DNA from: Planctomycetota bacterium
Lineage (GTDB): Bacteria > Planctomycetota > DG-23 > JAZDKG01
Assembly: GCA_043803205.1 (NCBI GenBank)
Contig: JAZDKG010000192.1
Span: 3,038 to 67,037 of the forward strand
DNA: 64,000 nt
Direction: 5' to 3'
Positions 9,524 through 18,538 of this stretch are shown piece by piece. A program made the translations under genes and the position numbers. The notes under the pieces are model-generated. The model saw only the letters and a program-made list of their open reading frames with translations. It had not been told where the DNA came from and made no database searches. How positions within the stretch are numbered: the stretch's first letter is position 1; every line of letters starts with the position of its first letter.

Positions 9524-10345
9524 ATGAGCGCCGAGCAGGAAACCTGGAGCGTATTCCTTCGCGATCCTCGGCTTGTCGCCGATCCGCGTCTTGCGGCGGT
9601 CCTGGCTCGCTCTCGGGGGCTTACGCTTGTGGACGTGCGCAGGGACCTCGGGGAGTGTTGGGGGGTGATCGAGGAGAACGCGAGCGAAGAGCGCGCCCGT
9701 GCTCTGGTGGCCGACCTCGCGGCGCAGGAGATCGCGGCAATCCTTTTTCCCGATCGCGAGGTTCTGCGTTTCCCCGCCGCCGTGCCCGTACGCGGCGCCC
9801 GCCGCACGGAGAAAGCTCTTGCGCTGCGGCTGGCGGAGGGCGACGAAGATCTAGCCAGCGGCTCGTGGGTCAGCGTCGCCTGGACGGATCTCGTCTACTG
9901 CGCCTGGGCCCGAGTCGCCGAGACGGAGGAGGTCGACGAGTTCCGCCTTTCGCCGTTCGGGCGCGACGCTTCGGTCTGGGACGCGCGCGAGGTCGCCGAG
10001 TATTCGGCCGGCGTCATGCCGACGAGGGAGAAGCGGGCCCGGCAGATCCGCCGGGATTATCTCGATTTCTTGGCCATTCTGCCTCCGCGTCATTTTCGCA
10101 TCGATCCATTTCACTTCGCGTACGCGTCCCTCCTGGGGAAGCTCGCGCCGACCGCGTATCAGAACTTCATCGCGCTGGTTCAGCTCATCCGGGCGTACGC
10201 TGGGAATCTCGTCGCGGACCGATCCATCGCACAGCTCCTCGACGGGGACCCGCACACAACCCTCAGCCTTCCGAGCTTGCGGGCGTATGATCTCTACCTA
10301 CTCTGGAACATCCAGATGGCCTTCAAAGGCCCGCGGGACGCGTGA
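9524..10345 (+). CDS. Hypothetical protein; N-terminus resembles ribosomal L7/L12 C-terminal fold
   Basis: Codon usage like neighbouring genes; stop overlaps a possible start of the next gene. GLTLVDVRRDL...VIEENASEERARALVADL resembles the L7/L12 CTD pattern by eye. Confidence 0.6.
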   Translation: MSAEQETWSVFLRDPRLVADPRLAAVLARSRGLTLVDVRRDLGECWGVIEENASEERARALVADLAAQEIAAILFPDREVLRFPAAVPVRGARRTEKALALRLAEGDEDLASGSWVSVAWTDLVYCAWARVAETEEVDEFRLSPFGRDASVWDAREVAEYSAGVMPTREKRARQIRRDYLDFLAILPPRHFRIDPFHFAYASLLGKLAPTAYQNFIALVQLIRAYAGNLVADRSIAQLLDGDPHTTLSLPSLRAYDLYLLWNIQMAFKGPRDA

Positions 10346-10368
10346 CCGCCGTTCTGAAAGGGAGAAAC

Positions 10369-11187
10369 GTGAGAAAGAAGATGAGACGGACCCTTTGGGT
10401 GGTCGCCGCCATCGTCATCCTAGTGATCGTGGCGGCGGGCTTGGCCGCGGGGAGCCTCAACGGGCTCATCCGGACGGGAGTTGAGAAGGGCGGGACCGCC
10501 GTTCTCGGAGTAAAGACCACCTTAGAGGGCGCGTCCGCGTCTCTCCTGGGATCCAGTCTCACGCTCAGGGGGCTCGCCCTGGGCAGCCCCCCGGGCTTTT
10601 CGGCGCCGGAGATGTTTGCCCTCGACTATGGGCGGGTGAGGGCAGACGTGCGCTCCCTGACGAAAGACGAGGTCCGCATCCGCGAGGTCGTGCTGGACGG
10701 GCCTGAGCTCACCCTCGAGTTCAAGGGAGGCAAGACCAACTGGGGTGTCCTGCGCGAGGCGCTCGCACGCCAATCCCCGGAGGAGCCCGCAGAGGGAGCC
10801 GAGAAGAAGTTCCGGGTGGAGCGGCTCTTCATTCAAAACGGGAAAGTGAAGCTGGCGGGGATACCCGTCGCGCGCTCCGCGGGGATTCCCCTTCCGCCGA
10901 TGGAGATCAGGGACCTCGGTACCGGCGACAGCCCGCCCATGAATGCGCGCAAGCTGGTTTCCGCCCTTGTCGCTCCCTTGGCGGATAGCGCCCTCGCGGC
11001 CGTCCAGGGGGCTCTCTCCCCCGAGGAACTGCAGTCGCTCGCCTCCGAGGCGCGCGGCGCTCTCGAGGAGGCGGGCGCTTCCGTCGGGCAGAAGATGGAA
11101 GGGACGGGAGGGATCCTCAAGGACGCCGCGCAGAAGACGAAGAAGCTGTTCGGCGCGCCGGCGGATGAGGAGCCTGCCGGCGAGTAG
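10369..11187 (+). CDS. AsmA/DUF748-like membrane-anchored protein
   Basis: N-terminal TM helix; LGSPPGF, IREVVLDGPELTLE..GGKTNW and VERLFIQNGKV are typical of short AsmA-family proteins. Start uncertain (10342/10369/10381). Confidence 0.7.
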   Translation: MRKKMRRTLWVVAAIVILVIVAAGLAAGSLNGLIRTGVEKGGTAVLGVKTTLEGASASLLGSSLTLRGLALGSPPGFSAPEMFALDYGRVRADVRSLTKDEVRIREVVLDGPELTLEFKGGKTNWGVLREALARQSPEEPAEGAEKKFRVERLFIQNGKVKLAGIPVARSAGIPLPPMEIRDLGTGDSPPMNARKLVSALVAPLADSALAAVQGALSPEELQSLASEARGALEEAGASVGQKMEGTGGILKDAAQKTKKLFGAPADEEPAGE

Positions 11188-11202
11188 CGGCCTGCCATCA
11201 GG

Positions 11203-11739
11203 CTACTTTGCCAACAGGCTTCCCGGATCGGCTTCCGCGCGCGTCGCAAGGATCTTGCCGAAGTACAGCCGGTGATAATCGCCCTTGGGGTACGCCTCCG
11301 CCCGGACCTCCTCCGCGAGTCGCTCCGGGATCACGTCGGTCGAGTGAACGACCTTGCATTCGTAGACGATCGGGCATTCCAGGATTACCGGGGCCGACGC
11401 GTATGAGCCCTTTTCGACTGTGAGCTTGCACGCGAGGACCTTGTCCATGTCGCGCCCGCTCTTCGACCCGCAGACCGCGCACGTCTTCTCCATCCCCTTT
11501 GTCGGCACGTTCACGGAGAAAAAGCCTGTCCGTTCGATGCATCCAAAGGTGTACCGGCTGGGGCGCACAAGCACGACCCACATCGGCAGTCCCCAGACGA
11601 TTCCCAGGACGCCCCATCCGATCGTCATGAAATTGGCTTTCCCCCGGGCGTCGTAACTCCCGAGGAGAAGGCCTCTTGTGCCGAGGGCGTGCATCACGGC
11701 CTCGAAATCCCGACGGAAATCCACCTCTACGTGCGCCAT
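11203..11739 (-). CDS. Flavin reductase family (flavoredoxin-like) protein
   Basis: NFMTIGW, VRPSRYT, FSVNVP, CGSKSGRDMDK, ECPIVYEC, YHRLYFGKI. Confidence 0.9.
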   Translation of the reverse strand: MAHVEVDFRRDFEAVMHALGTRGLLLGSYDARGKANFMTIGWGVLGIVWGLPMWVVLVRPSRYTFGCIERTGFFSVNVPTKGMEKTCAVCGSKSGRDMDKVLACKLTVEKGSYASAPVILECPIVYECKVVHSTDVIPERLAEEVRAEAYPKGDYHRLYFGKILATRAEADPGSLLAK

Positions 11740-11928
11740 GGCGGAACCTCCTGTCGCGTCGTTTCCCTGATTTCATGCCATTGAAGACGGGGACGCCCTT
11801 TCTGTCAAGCGGTCCGCGCCCCGGGAGCGCAGTTTCGATGTTCGGCGGTTCCCGTTTTTTGGCTCGCAATTCCCTTGGGCTCCATTATCATCGAAGTTCC
11901 GATCCGCGACAGCTAAAAGGGCTCTTGC

Positions 11929-12630
11929 ATGGTGGTGAAGAAGAGCATCACGCAGTCCATGGCGTCTCAGGCCGTCCCGGGCCGCCTGATCGCCGTCGAG
12001 GGCCTCGACGGCTCCGGCAAGTCCACTCAGGTGTACCTGCTCAAGCGGTGGCTTGAGATCGAGGGGTACAAGGTTTTTTTCACCGAATGGAACTCGTCCG
12101 TCATAGTAAAGAAGGCGACCAAGAAGGGGAAGAAGAGACAGCTCCTGACTCCCACGACGTTCTCTCTCATCCACTGCACCGATTTCGCCGACCGGTACGA
12201 GCGTCAGGTGTTGCCCCTTCTTCGCGCGGGGTACATCGTGCTTGCAGACCGCTACATCTACACCGCGTATGCGCGCGACATCGTGCGCGGGTGCAGGCCT
12301 GATTGGGTGCGCAACCTGTACAGCTACGCCGTAAAACCGCACATCACCTTCTTCTTCGAGGTGCCCCTGGAGACGGCCCTGGGGCGGATCTTAGGCGGTC
12401 GTCCCACGATCAAGTACTTCGAGGCGGGGATGGACCTGGGCCTTTCGAGCGACCCCTACGAGAGCTTCCGTCTCTTTCAGCACCGCATCAATGAGCAGTA
12501 CCATCGCATGATCGACGAGTTCACGTTCACGATCATCGACGCCACCAAGAAGATCGAGGAGCAGCAGGAGGACGTCCGCCAGATCGTCACCCGGGACATC
12601 GATCTGGGCGCCTTCCGCAGGAGACCCTGA
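11929..12630 (+). CDS. Thymidylate-kinase-fold P-loop kinase, copy 1 (atypical Tmk-like)
   Basis: LIAVEGLDGSGKST P-loop, VLADRY motif. Atypical TEWNSS and KYFEAGMDLG segments. Confidence 0.85.
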   Translation: MVVKKSITQSMASQAVPGRLIAVEGLDGSGKSTQVYLLKRWLEIEGYKVFFTEWNSSVIVKKATKKGKKRQLLTPTTFSLIHCTDFADRYERQVLPLLRAGYIVLADRYIYTAYARDIVRGCRPDWVRNLYSYAVKPHITFFFEVPLETALGRILGGRPTIKYFEAGMDLGLSSDPYESFRLFQHRINEQYHRMIDEFTFTIIDATKKIEEQQEDVRQIVTRDIDLGAFRRRP

Positions 12631-12631
12631 C

Positions 12632-13327
12632 GTGTGTCCGACGCGTTTCTATGGCCATGGCCTCCCCGGTGTGGATACAAGCCATCTTCTGGGGAAGCTT
12701 GTCGTCGTGGAGGGTTCCGACGGCAGCGGGCGCTCCACGCAGGTGGCCTTGCTTCGCGATCGGCTCGAGCGGGGGGGACACGCGACCATCGACGTGGGCC
12801 TGAGTCGCAGCACCCTCGTCGCCAACGAGATCGAAAAGGCCAAGCAGGGGAACATCCTGAACCCCGTCACCTTGAGTCTCTTCTACGCGACGGACTTCGC
12901 CGACCAGATCGAGAACCGCATCATCCCCGCGCTGCGGGCCGGCTTTGTGGTTCTTGCGGATCGGTACATCTATACGCTCATGGCACGCGACATCGTGCGG
13001 GGCGCGGATCCGCAGTGGGTCCAAGGCATTTACGACATCGCCCTCGTGCCGGACGTCGTGTTCTACTTGCGTGTCTCCCCCGCGCGGCTAGCCCAGCGAT
13101 GCCTGCAGAAGAGCGCCACGCTCGATTACTGGGAAAGCGGGATGGATATCGGACTCGCGAGAGACCTCTTCCACAACTTCATGAAGTACCAGAAACTCCT
13201 GAACGCGGAGTTCGGGCGGATGGCACGGCAGTACGACTTCCGCGTCATCAACGGCAATCGTTCCATACGAAGTGTGGCGAAGGACCTCCAGGCCGCAGTG
13301 CTGGAGGTGCTCGAAGGGAAACCGTAG
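12632..13327 (+). CDS. Thymidylate-kinase-fold P-loop kinase, copy 2 (P-loop Lys replaced by Arg)
   Basis: LVVVEGSDGSGRST, VLADRY, DYWESGMDIG. Paralogue of the upstream gene with a 1 bp gap. Confidence 0.85.
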   Translation: MCPTRFYGHGLPGVDTSHLLGKLVVVEGSDGSGRSTQVALLRDRLERGGHATIDVGLSRSTLVANEIEKAKQGNILNPVTLSLFYATDFADQIENRIIPALRAGFVVLADRYIYTLMARDIVRGADPQWVQGIYDIALVPDVVFYLRVSPARLAQRCLQKSATLDYWESGMDIGLARDLFHNFMKYQKLLNAEFGRMARQYDFRVINGNRSIRSVAKDLQAAVLEVLEGKP

Positions 13328-13478
13328 GCGAACGTTCCGAAGACGCTCTTTTTCACGTTTTCTCTTCTTGATGTGCGGGGGGTCGTTAGGGCCTCGCGCC
13401 GGAGGAACGCCGGCCCGAGATCGTGTCCCCCTCAGTGTCCCTGTCTCCGGTGCAGGTCGCCCTGCCGGAAGGACGAAC

Positions 13479-14429
13479 ATGGTATCGCCGCGATTGTCTG
13501 CCGCCGCCGCTCTTGCGGACTTTGATCTGGACGTGCAGGGATTGGACCTCCTGCTTGAACGTCTCCAGCATTCATTGCGCGAGCGCTCCAAGCGTCTCGC
13601 CAAGAGATGGAAGACCGTCAGAAGGAACGGCGACCAAGACGCCGTCCACGATCTGCGCGTCGCCTGCCGGCGACTCCTTTCCGTCTTGGATCTCGTCAGG
13701 GCGCTCGATGAAAGGAAGACGTACGGCAAGATGCGCCGGAATCTGAAGTCCATCCTCAAGCACTACAGTCGACTGCGGGATGCGCAGGTGCAATTCGAGA
13801 CCCTCGCGGCCGTCCTGCCGGGCGATGGCCCTCTCGCCAGCGCGTACCGGCGCCTGTTGGACGACCGGATCGAATCCTTGAGGCGCAAGACCGTCGCGTC
13901 CACTCCCGAGCTCGATTTCAAGCTCTGCCGGAAGGCGGCTCGGAAATTCGCGGCGTTCGTCGAGCAACGACGCAGCAATCAGGAACCCACGGGTCGTCCG
14001 CTGAGCGACGCCGCGCAGGCCCTTGTGGCGGGCCTCTTCGCCTCCTTCGACGATAGCCGCCAGCAGAGCCTTCACGATCGGACGACCGCGTCTTTCCATC
14101 AGGCGAGGATCCGCTTCAAGAAGTTCCGCTACGCGGTCGAGGTGCTGCGCCCGATTCTGCCGGGCGTGGACAGAGCCTACATGGAGCGTCTCACCGCGCT
14201 TCAGACGGCCATGGGGGCCGTTCAGGACCTCGCGGTGCTGCGTGAGCATCTCGCCGATTTCGCCGCTTCCCCCAATTCTCCGGGCGGCAGGCGGGAGCTC
14301 GCCCGTCTCGACGAGGCGCTCGGGCGGAAACACGAACGCGCCCTTGGGGCGGTCCAGCGGCTCTCTGCGCCCTGGGAGGGATCCGACTTCGCCGACGCTT
14401 TCGGAGGAACGTCACACGATGGAGAATGA
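13479..14429 (+). CDS. CHAD domain protein (polyphosphate-binding module)
   Basis: AVHDLRVACRRLLS, LRDAQV, FHQARIRFKKFRY, LQTAMGAVQDLAV. Confidence 0.92.
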   Translation: MVSPRLSAAAALADFDLDVQGLDLLLERLQHSLRERSKRLAKRWKTVRRNGDQDAVHDLRVACRRLLSVLDLVRALDERKTYGKMRRNLKSILKHYSRLRDAQVQFETLAAVLPGDGPLASAYRRLLDDRIESLRRKTVASTPELDFKLCRKAARKFAAFVEQRRSNQEPTGRPLSDAAQALVAGLFASFDDSRQQSLHDRTTASFHQARIRFKKFRYAVEVLRPILPGVDRAYMERLTALQTAMGAVQDLAVLREHLADFAASPNSPGGRRELARLDEALGRKHERALGAVQRLSAPWEGSDFADAFGGTSHDGE

Positions 14430-15393
14430 CAGGCCCGTGGTGGGAGTGGACCTTGGCGGGACGAAGATCCTTTCCGCGGTGGTGCGAGCGGACGGCGCCA
14501 TCCTTGCCCGGGCGAAACTCCCGACCGAGGCCTCCGGGGGCCTCGAGCACGTCATCGACCGGATCGCCCAGAGCGTGTTCGACGCCGTCCGGGAGGCTAG
14601 GCTCTCTCCGGCGGATGTCCCCGCGATGGCCGTCGGCTCGCCGGGCCCCCTCGACCCGCACAAGGGGATCATCCTCGAGGCGCCCAACCTCGGTTGGAAG
14701 AACGTGCCTTTAGGCGCGGAGTTGGAGAAGCGCACTGGGATCAAGACCTTCGTGGAAAATGACGTCGACATGGGCACCCTCGGGGAGTTCGTCTTTGGCG
14801 CCGCGAAGGGCGCCGACAGCGTCCTGGGAGTCTTTGTCGGCACCGGGATCGGCGGGGGCATCATCATCCACGGGAAACTACTGCGTGGTGCGGCGGGGGT
14901 CGCCGGCGAGATCGGTCACATCGTCGTCAAGCGCAATGGGGCCGCCTGCAACTGCGGCGGACGCGGCTGCATGGAGGCCTACGCGGGGCGATGGGCCGTT
15001 GCCAGGTACATTCACAAAGCCGTGAGGAAAGGCAGGCGCTCCTCGGTCGCCCGCGTCGTGAAAGGGGACCACGTGAACCTCACCTCGGGCACGCTGCGGT
15101 CCGCCTGGAGGGCCGACGACAAGTTGGTGCGAAAGGCGCTCACGCGCGCCTGCAAGTACCTCGGCGCCGGCATCGGCTCCGTCGTAAACCTCCTCAGCCC
15201 GGAGGTCGTTGTGATCGGAGGCGGGGTGTTCGAGGCCCTCGGCAAGGAACTGCTCCCGATCACGGTGAAGCACATCCGGCGCAACGCGATGGAGGCTTCT
15301 CTGCGCAATGTGCGGATCGTCCTAGCGGCCCTTGGGGACGACGCGAACGTCCTCGGCGCCTCCGTCGCCGCCCGCCAGCGTCTCTGCGAGTGA
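14419..15393 (+). CDS. ROK family sugar kinase (glucokinase-like)
   Basis: GVDLGGT, VENDV, GTGIGGG, AGEIGH, CNCGGRGCME zinc motif. No N-terminal HTH. Confidence 0.92.
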   Translation: MENDRPVVGVDLGGTKILSAVVRADGAILARAKLPTEASGGLEHVIDRIAQSVFDAVREARLSPADVPAMAVGSPGPLDPHKGIILEAPNLGWKNVPLGAELEKRTGIKTFVENDVDMGTLGEFVFGAAKGADSVLGVFVGTGIGGGIIIHGKLLRGAAGVAGEIGHIVVKRNGAACNCGGRGCMEAYAGRWAVARYIHKAVRKGRRSSVARVVKGDHVNLTSGTLRSAWRADDKLVRKALTRACKYLGAGIGSVVNLLSPEVVVIGGGVFEALGKELLPITVKHIRRNAMEASLRNVRIVLAALGDDANVLGASVAARQRLCE

Positions 15394-15399
15394 GCGGGC

Positions 15400-16062
15400 G
15401 TGCTGGGGGCCTCGCGTCCGCCGAAGGAACTGCCGGTGGACCATCGGAACATCACGATCGACCATCCCGATCCCGAGCATCGGATCGCCGAAGCGATCGA
15501 TCTTCTCCTGGAGAGCGACTGGGAACCTCAGCATGCTCTGCAGGTCCGCAAGCTGGCACTGGCGATCTTCGATCAACTCGCGGCGCTTCATGGGATGGAT
15601 ACGCGCGGACGTCTCATCCTTGAGGCCGCCTCCCTCCTCCACGACGTGGGGTTCCCCATCTCCCAGAGGCGGCATCACAAGATCTCCTTTGACATCATCC
15701 GCGGTAAACTCGGAAAGACGTGGCCCCGCGACGAGGCGGTCCTCGTCGCCCTCGTGGCGCGCTATCATCGTAAGGCCGAGCCCAGCGTGGAGCACGCCGG
15801 GTTCGCGGACCTCGACGAGCGCGAACGGTCGCAGGTTGCGAGCCTGAGCGCCATCCTTCGCGTCGCCGACGGCCTCGACAGAACCCATTCGGCCGCGGTC
15901 CGGAACCTTGAGCTTGCGATAGACCCCCGGCGCGTGCTTTTCCGACTGTCGGGGCCCGCGAGTCCGACCGACGAATGGGGAGCCCGGCGGAAAGCTGATC
16001 TCTTCGAGGAGACGTTCGGCCGAAAGGTAGCGTTCGAGTGGGTTTCAGCCTCTACCGGCTGA
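15400..16062 (+). CDS. Stand-alone HD domain protein of the Ppx/GppA C-terminal type
   Basis: HALQVRKLALAIFDQL, LLHDVG..IS..RHHK.S, VARYHRK, ILRVADGLDRTH. No ASKHA phosphatase domain. Start could be 15436. Confidence 0.87.
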   Translation: MLGASRPPKELPVDHRNITIDHPDPEHRIAEAIDLLLESDWEPQHALQVRKLALAIFDQLAALHGMDTRGRLILEAASLLHDVGFPISQRRHHKISFDIIRGKLGKTWPRDEAVLVALVARYHRKAEPSVEHAGFADLDERERSQVASLSAILRVADGLDRTHSAAVRNLELAIDPRRVLFRLSGPASPTDEWGARRKADLFEETFGRKVAFEWVSASTG

Positions 16063-16107
16063 TGCTCCGGCAGGCCCGGCCTCGCACCCCCCAGGCGCGA
16101 GACGAGT

Positions 16108-16192
16108 TGGTGCGAGAGAGGGGATTTGAACCCCTACGGGATGTCCCACAGGATCCTAAGTCCTGCGCGTCTGCCAATTCCGCCACTCTCGC
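16108..16192 (-). tRNA. tRNA-Leu (anticodon TAG)
   Basis: Reverse complement gives the GCGAGAG...CTCTCGC acceptor stem plus ACCA, D-arm GGCGGAATTGGCAGACGC, anticodon arm CAGGA-CTTAGGA-TCCTG, a long variable arm and the GGTTCAAATCC T-loop. Confidence 0.97.
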
Positions 16193-16227
16193 ACGCCCCT
16201 CTCCGTACGTCCGCCCGTGCCACGGTA

Positions 16228-16255
16228 ATCCTATGGGCACCCGGCAAGCTGTCAA
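16228..16255 (-). promoter_or_regulatory. Sigma70-like promoter of tRNA-Leu
   Basis: TTGACA-N16-TAGGAT on the minus strand, about 35 nt upstream of the tRNA. Confidence 0.6.
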
Positions 16256-16650
16256 GCTTGCCGCCTTGCTCAGGCCGGATCGGACCGGTCATGACGCGTG
16301 TCGGCGAAGAGACCCGATCTCCGTCGTCCTCCTCTTGCCTGTTGCTCCTCATTGCAGGGCGTCTCGGCCAAGGTTATCATAAAGCAGCGGGGCTTGCACC
16401 TCCGTTGGTGTATGGCTGACGTGCTTCTTGAGCCCTCGTTCTGCACTCGACGAGGTACCTGAGCGCATCATCTTGCAAAACAAGAGGTTGGGAATACACC
16501 GTGAGTGCGGGGGCGAAGCTCCTCTGGAAAGATTTTCGTTGAATTTTGCTTGACGTGGGCGGGTGTTCTGCGTATTGCTTTCGTCGCTTCATTGGCGGCC
16601 TAGGCCAGCGAAGCGGGCGAAGAAGGAGGATGACGGAGGACCTATCACCC

Positions 16651-17134
16651 ATGGGTACGTTTCAGGCCCTCGGGATCTCGGTCTTTGCGGGTTTCCTCGT
16701 CGTTGTCCTCCTTGGGGTCTCGCGTCTCCTGTGGTGGTGGGCGCTTGAGAACGTTTATTTGAAAGTGACTTGCCGTCACCAGACGGACGTATCTGGCAAG
16801 TGGATCGCTGAGTACCAAGATAGCAGCGGCCATAGCTGCTACGAAGAGAGCGAGCTGAAGCAGTACGGGTAACAAGGTGAAGGGGGTGACGCAGTACAGG
16901 ATCGTATTCAAGGATAGTGGGCTGGAGAAGCGCAAGGTCTTCAAGATGATCGGCATACTTCGCAATGATTTGTTCAGCGCCTACTATTGGAATGTTGACC
17001 GTAGACAGAAGGGGTCGGGGAGCTTTACCCTCGCAGTCTCGCGTGAAGGGGATGTTATGCGCGGGAAATATGCGTGGTTCGACGTTGAGGCTGATAAGGT
17101 TGACGAGGGACCTTACGCATGGCGACGTCCATAG
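16651..17134 (+). CDS. Single-TM plus beta-barrel protein resembling Cap15/SMODS-associated 2TM-beta effectors, split by one extra G near 16867-16870
   Basis: Joining 16651..16869 to the 16877 frame gives TM helix + TDVSGKWIAEY...LKQYGNKVKG...GSGSFTL...MRGKYAWFD...GPYAWRR. Visibly lower GC than the flanks. Confidence 0.55.
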
Positions 17135-17486
17135 GAGAGCACGAACAGGTAGAAAAGGTGCTGGAGCGGTTTCCCCGATATGATCTTCTGGGCGAGTACC
17201 ACTCCCGCCCGATGTGCGGTCCCAAGCGGGGACTCGTGCGCGTATGGGAGAGCAACGCGAGCACGATGAAGGAGCGAGATCGAGGTGATCGTTGCGATCA
17301 ACGACAGGTCGCACAGGAAGATGTGGACCCAGCACGGACGGGAGCGTGTCGGGGACGATGGGGGACTACCGTCTGCGGATTGGGGCCTTTGTTCTGGCGG
17401 GTGACCGTCGTCGGGCCGTGTACCGGGTGAAGGTGTATTGTCCGTTTGCCGTGGGGATCCTGAACGGTGCCTACGCGAAGAACTAA
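17135..17486 (+). pseudogene. Decayed fragment of a possible JAB/MPN-like protein gene
   Basis: Three successive frames read LERFPRYDLLGEYHSRP... / EIEVIVAINDRSHRKMW / TDGSVSGTMGDYRLRIGAF...CPFAVG. GEYHSRP resembles the JAB GxxHSHP motif. Confidence 0.35.
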
Positions 17487-17496
17487 GAGGACGATC

Positions 17497-18000
17497 ATGA
17501 AGAAGAGGAAGCCCGCGGGGAAGAAGGCCGTCGTACTCAGGAAGAAGACGGGGCGTCGCAGCAAGGCCTTTACCAAGCTCAAGGAGCAGTTGCTGGAGCG
17601 GCGGCGCGAGGTCCTGGACGCGATGCAGAACGTGCACGTGGTGCCCAACAGACCTGACGCTGGAGAGCCCGGCGACCTCGGCGACTGGGCGAGCGCGTCG
17701 GTCGAGATGGATGTCGCCGCGGGGATCCTGGAGAGCGAGACGCGCGAACTGCAGGCGATCGGGGCGGCGTTGGAGCGGATCGAGCAGGGAAGTTACGGCG
17801 TGTGCGAGGATTGCGGGAAGCGCATTCCGGCGGCGCGCCTCCGGGCGATGCCCTATGCCACCCTATGTGTCGAGTGCAAGAAGGAGCAGGAGCGGGAACG
17901 GCCTCGCCTGACCCCGCTGGGGCGCTGGAGGGGGGTCTCCACCCGTCCGACACCGGCGGACGACGCCCAGGAGGTGGAGGAGGAAGAGGAGACGGAGTGA
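17497..18000 (+). CDS. TraR/DksA C4-type zinc finger protein
   Basis: Coiled-coil tip DLGDWA (DxxDxA), [18 protein letters not shown]...[13 protein letters not shown]. Confidence 0.92.
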   Translation: MKKRKPAGKKAVVLRKKTGRRSKAFTKLKEQLLERRREVLDAMQNVHVVPNRPDAGEPGDLGDWASASVEMDVAAGILESETRELQAIGAALERIEQGSYGVCEDCGKRIPAARLRAMPYATLCVECKKEQERERPRLTPLGRWRGVSTRPTPADDAQEVEEEEETE

Positions 18001-18076
18001 CGGAGCCTCCGGGCTTGAGCCCGTCCATCCCTTCATCCCGGGGGATCCTTTCCGGCACAGACAAGGGCGTTTTCGG

Positions 18077-18538
18077 ATGAACAGCCGTCCAAGCTGGGAT
18101 GAGTATTTCATGCGCATCGCGCAAGCGGTGTCCATGCGCTCCACCTGTCTGCGGCGCCGGGTGGGGGCGATCCTCGTGCGCAACAAGCGGATTCTGGCGA
18201 GCGGGTACAACGGTGTGCCGCGCGGGCTGATGCACTGCGAAGAGCGCGGGTGCATCCGCGAGGAGGCCCAGGTGCCATCGGGGCAGAGACATGAGCTGTG
18301 TCGCGGACTCCACGCCGAGATGAACGCGATGCTTCAGGCAGCCGTGCACGGCGTATCGATCGCGGGCGCCACGCTTTACACCACGAGCCACCCGTGCAGC
18401 CTGTGCGTGAAGATGCTGATCAACTGCGACGTGCCCCGGATCGTGCTGGCGGAAGATTACCCGGACGATCTCGCCAGCGAACTTCTCGCCGAAGCGGCCG
18501 TCACGGTGGTGCGGCTGCCGGACGTTGGCCGGGACTAG
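18077..18538 (+). CDS. dCMP deaminase (ComEB family)
   Basis: [35 protein letters not shown]. Confidence 0.93.
   Translation: MNSRPSWDEYFMRIAQAVSMRSTCLRRRVGAILVRNKRILASGYNGVPRGLMHCEERGCIREEAQVPSGQRHELCRGLHAEMNAMLQAAVHGVSIAGATLYTTSHPCSLCVKMLINCDVPRIVLAEDYPDDLASELLAEAAVTVVRLPDVGRD

Noticed and set aside
14419-15393. ROK kinase as a classical polyphosphate glucokinase (PpgK)
   Set aside because: It retains the CxCGxxGCxE zinc motif of ordinary ROK kinases, so the phosphoryl donor cannot be assigned from sequence.
16062-16192. tRNA-Leu as attachment site of an integrative element
   Set aside because: No integrase and no duplicated tRNA 3' end was found; the lower-GC insert lies on the 5' side of the tRNA.
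16377-16500. Minus-strand RYLVECR resembling a restriction-endonuclease ExK motif
   Set aside because: Too short, with no supporting upstream motif or start.
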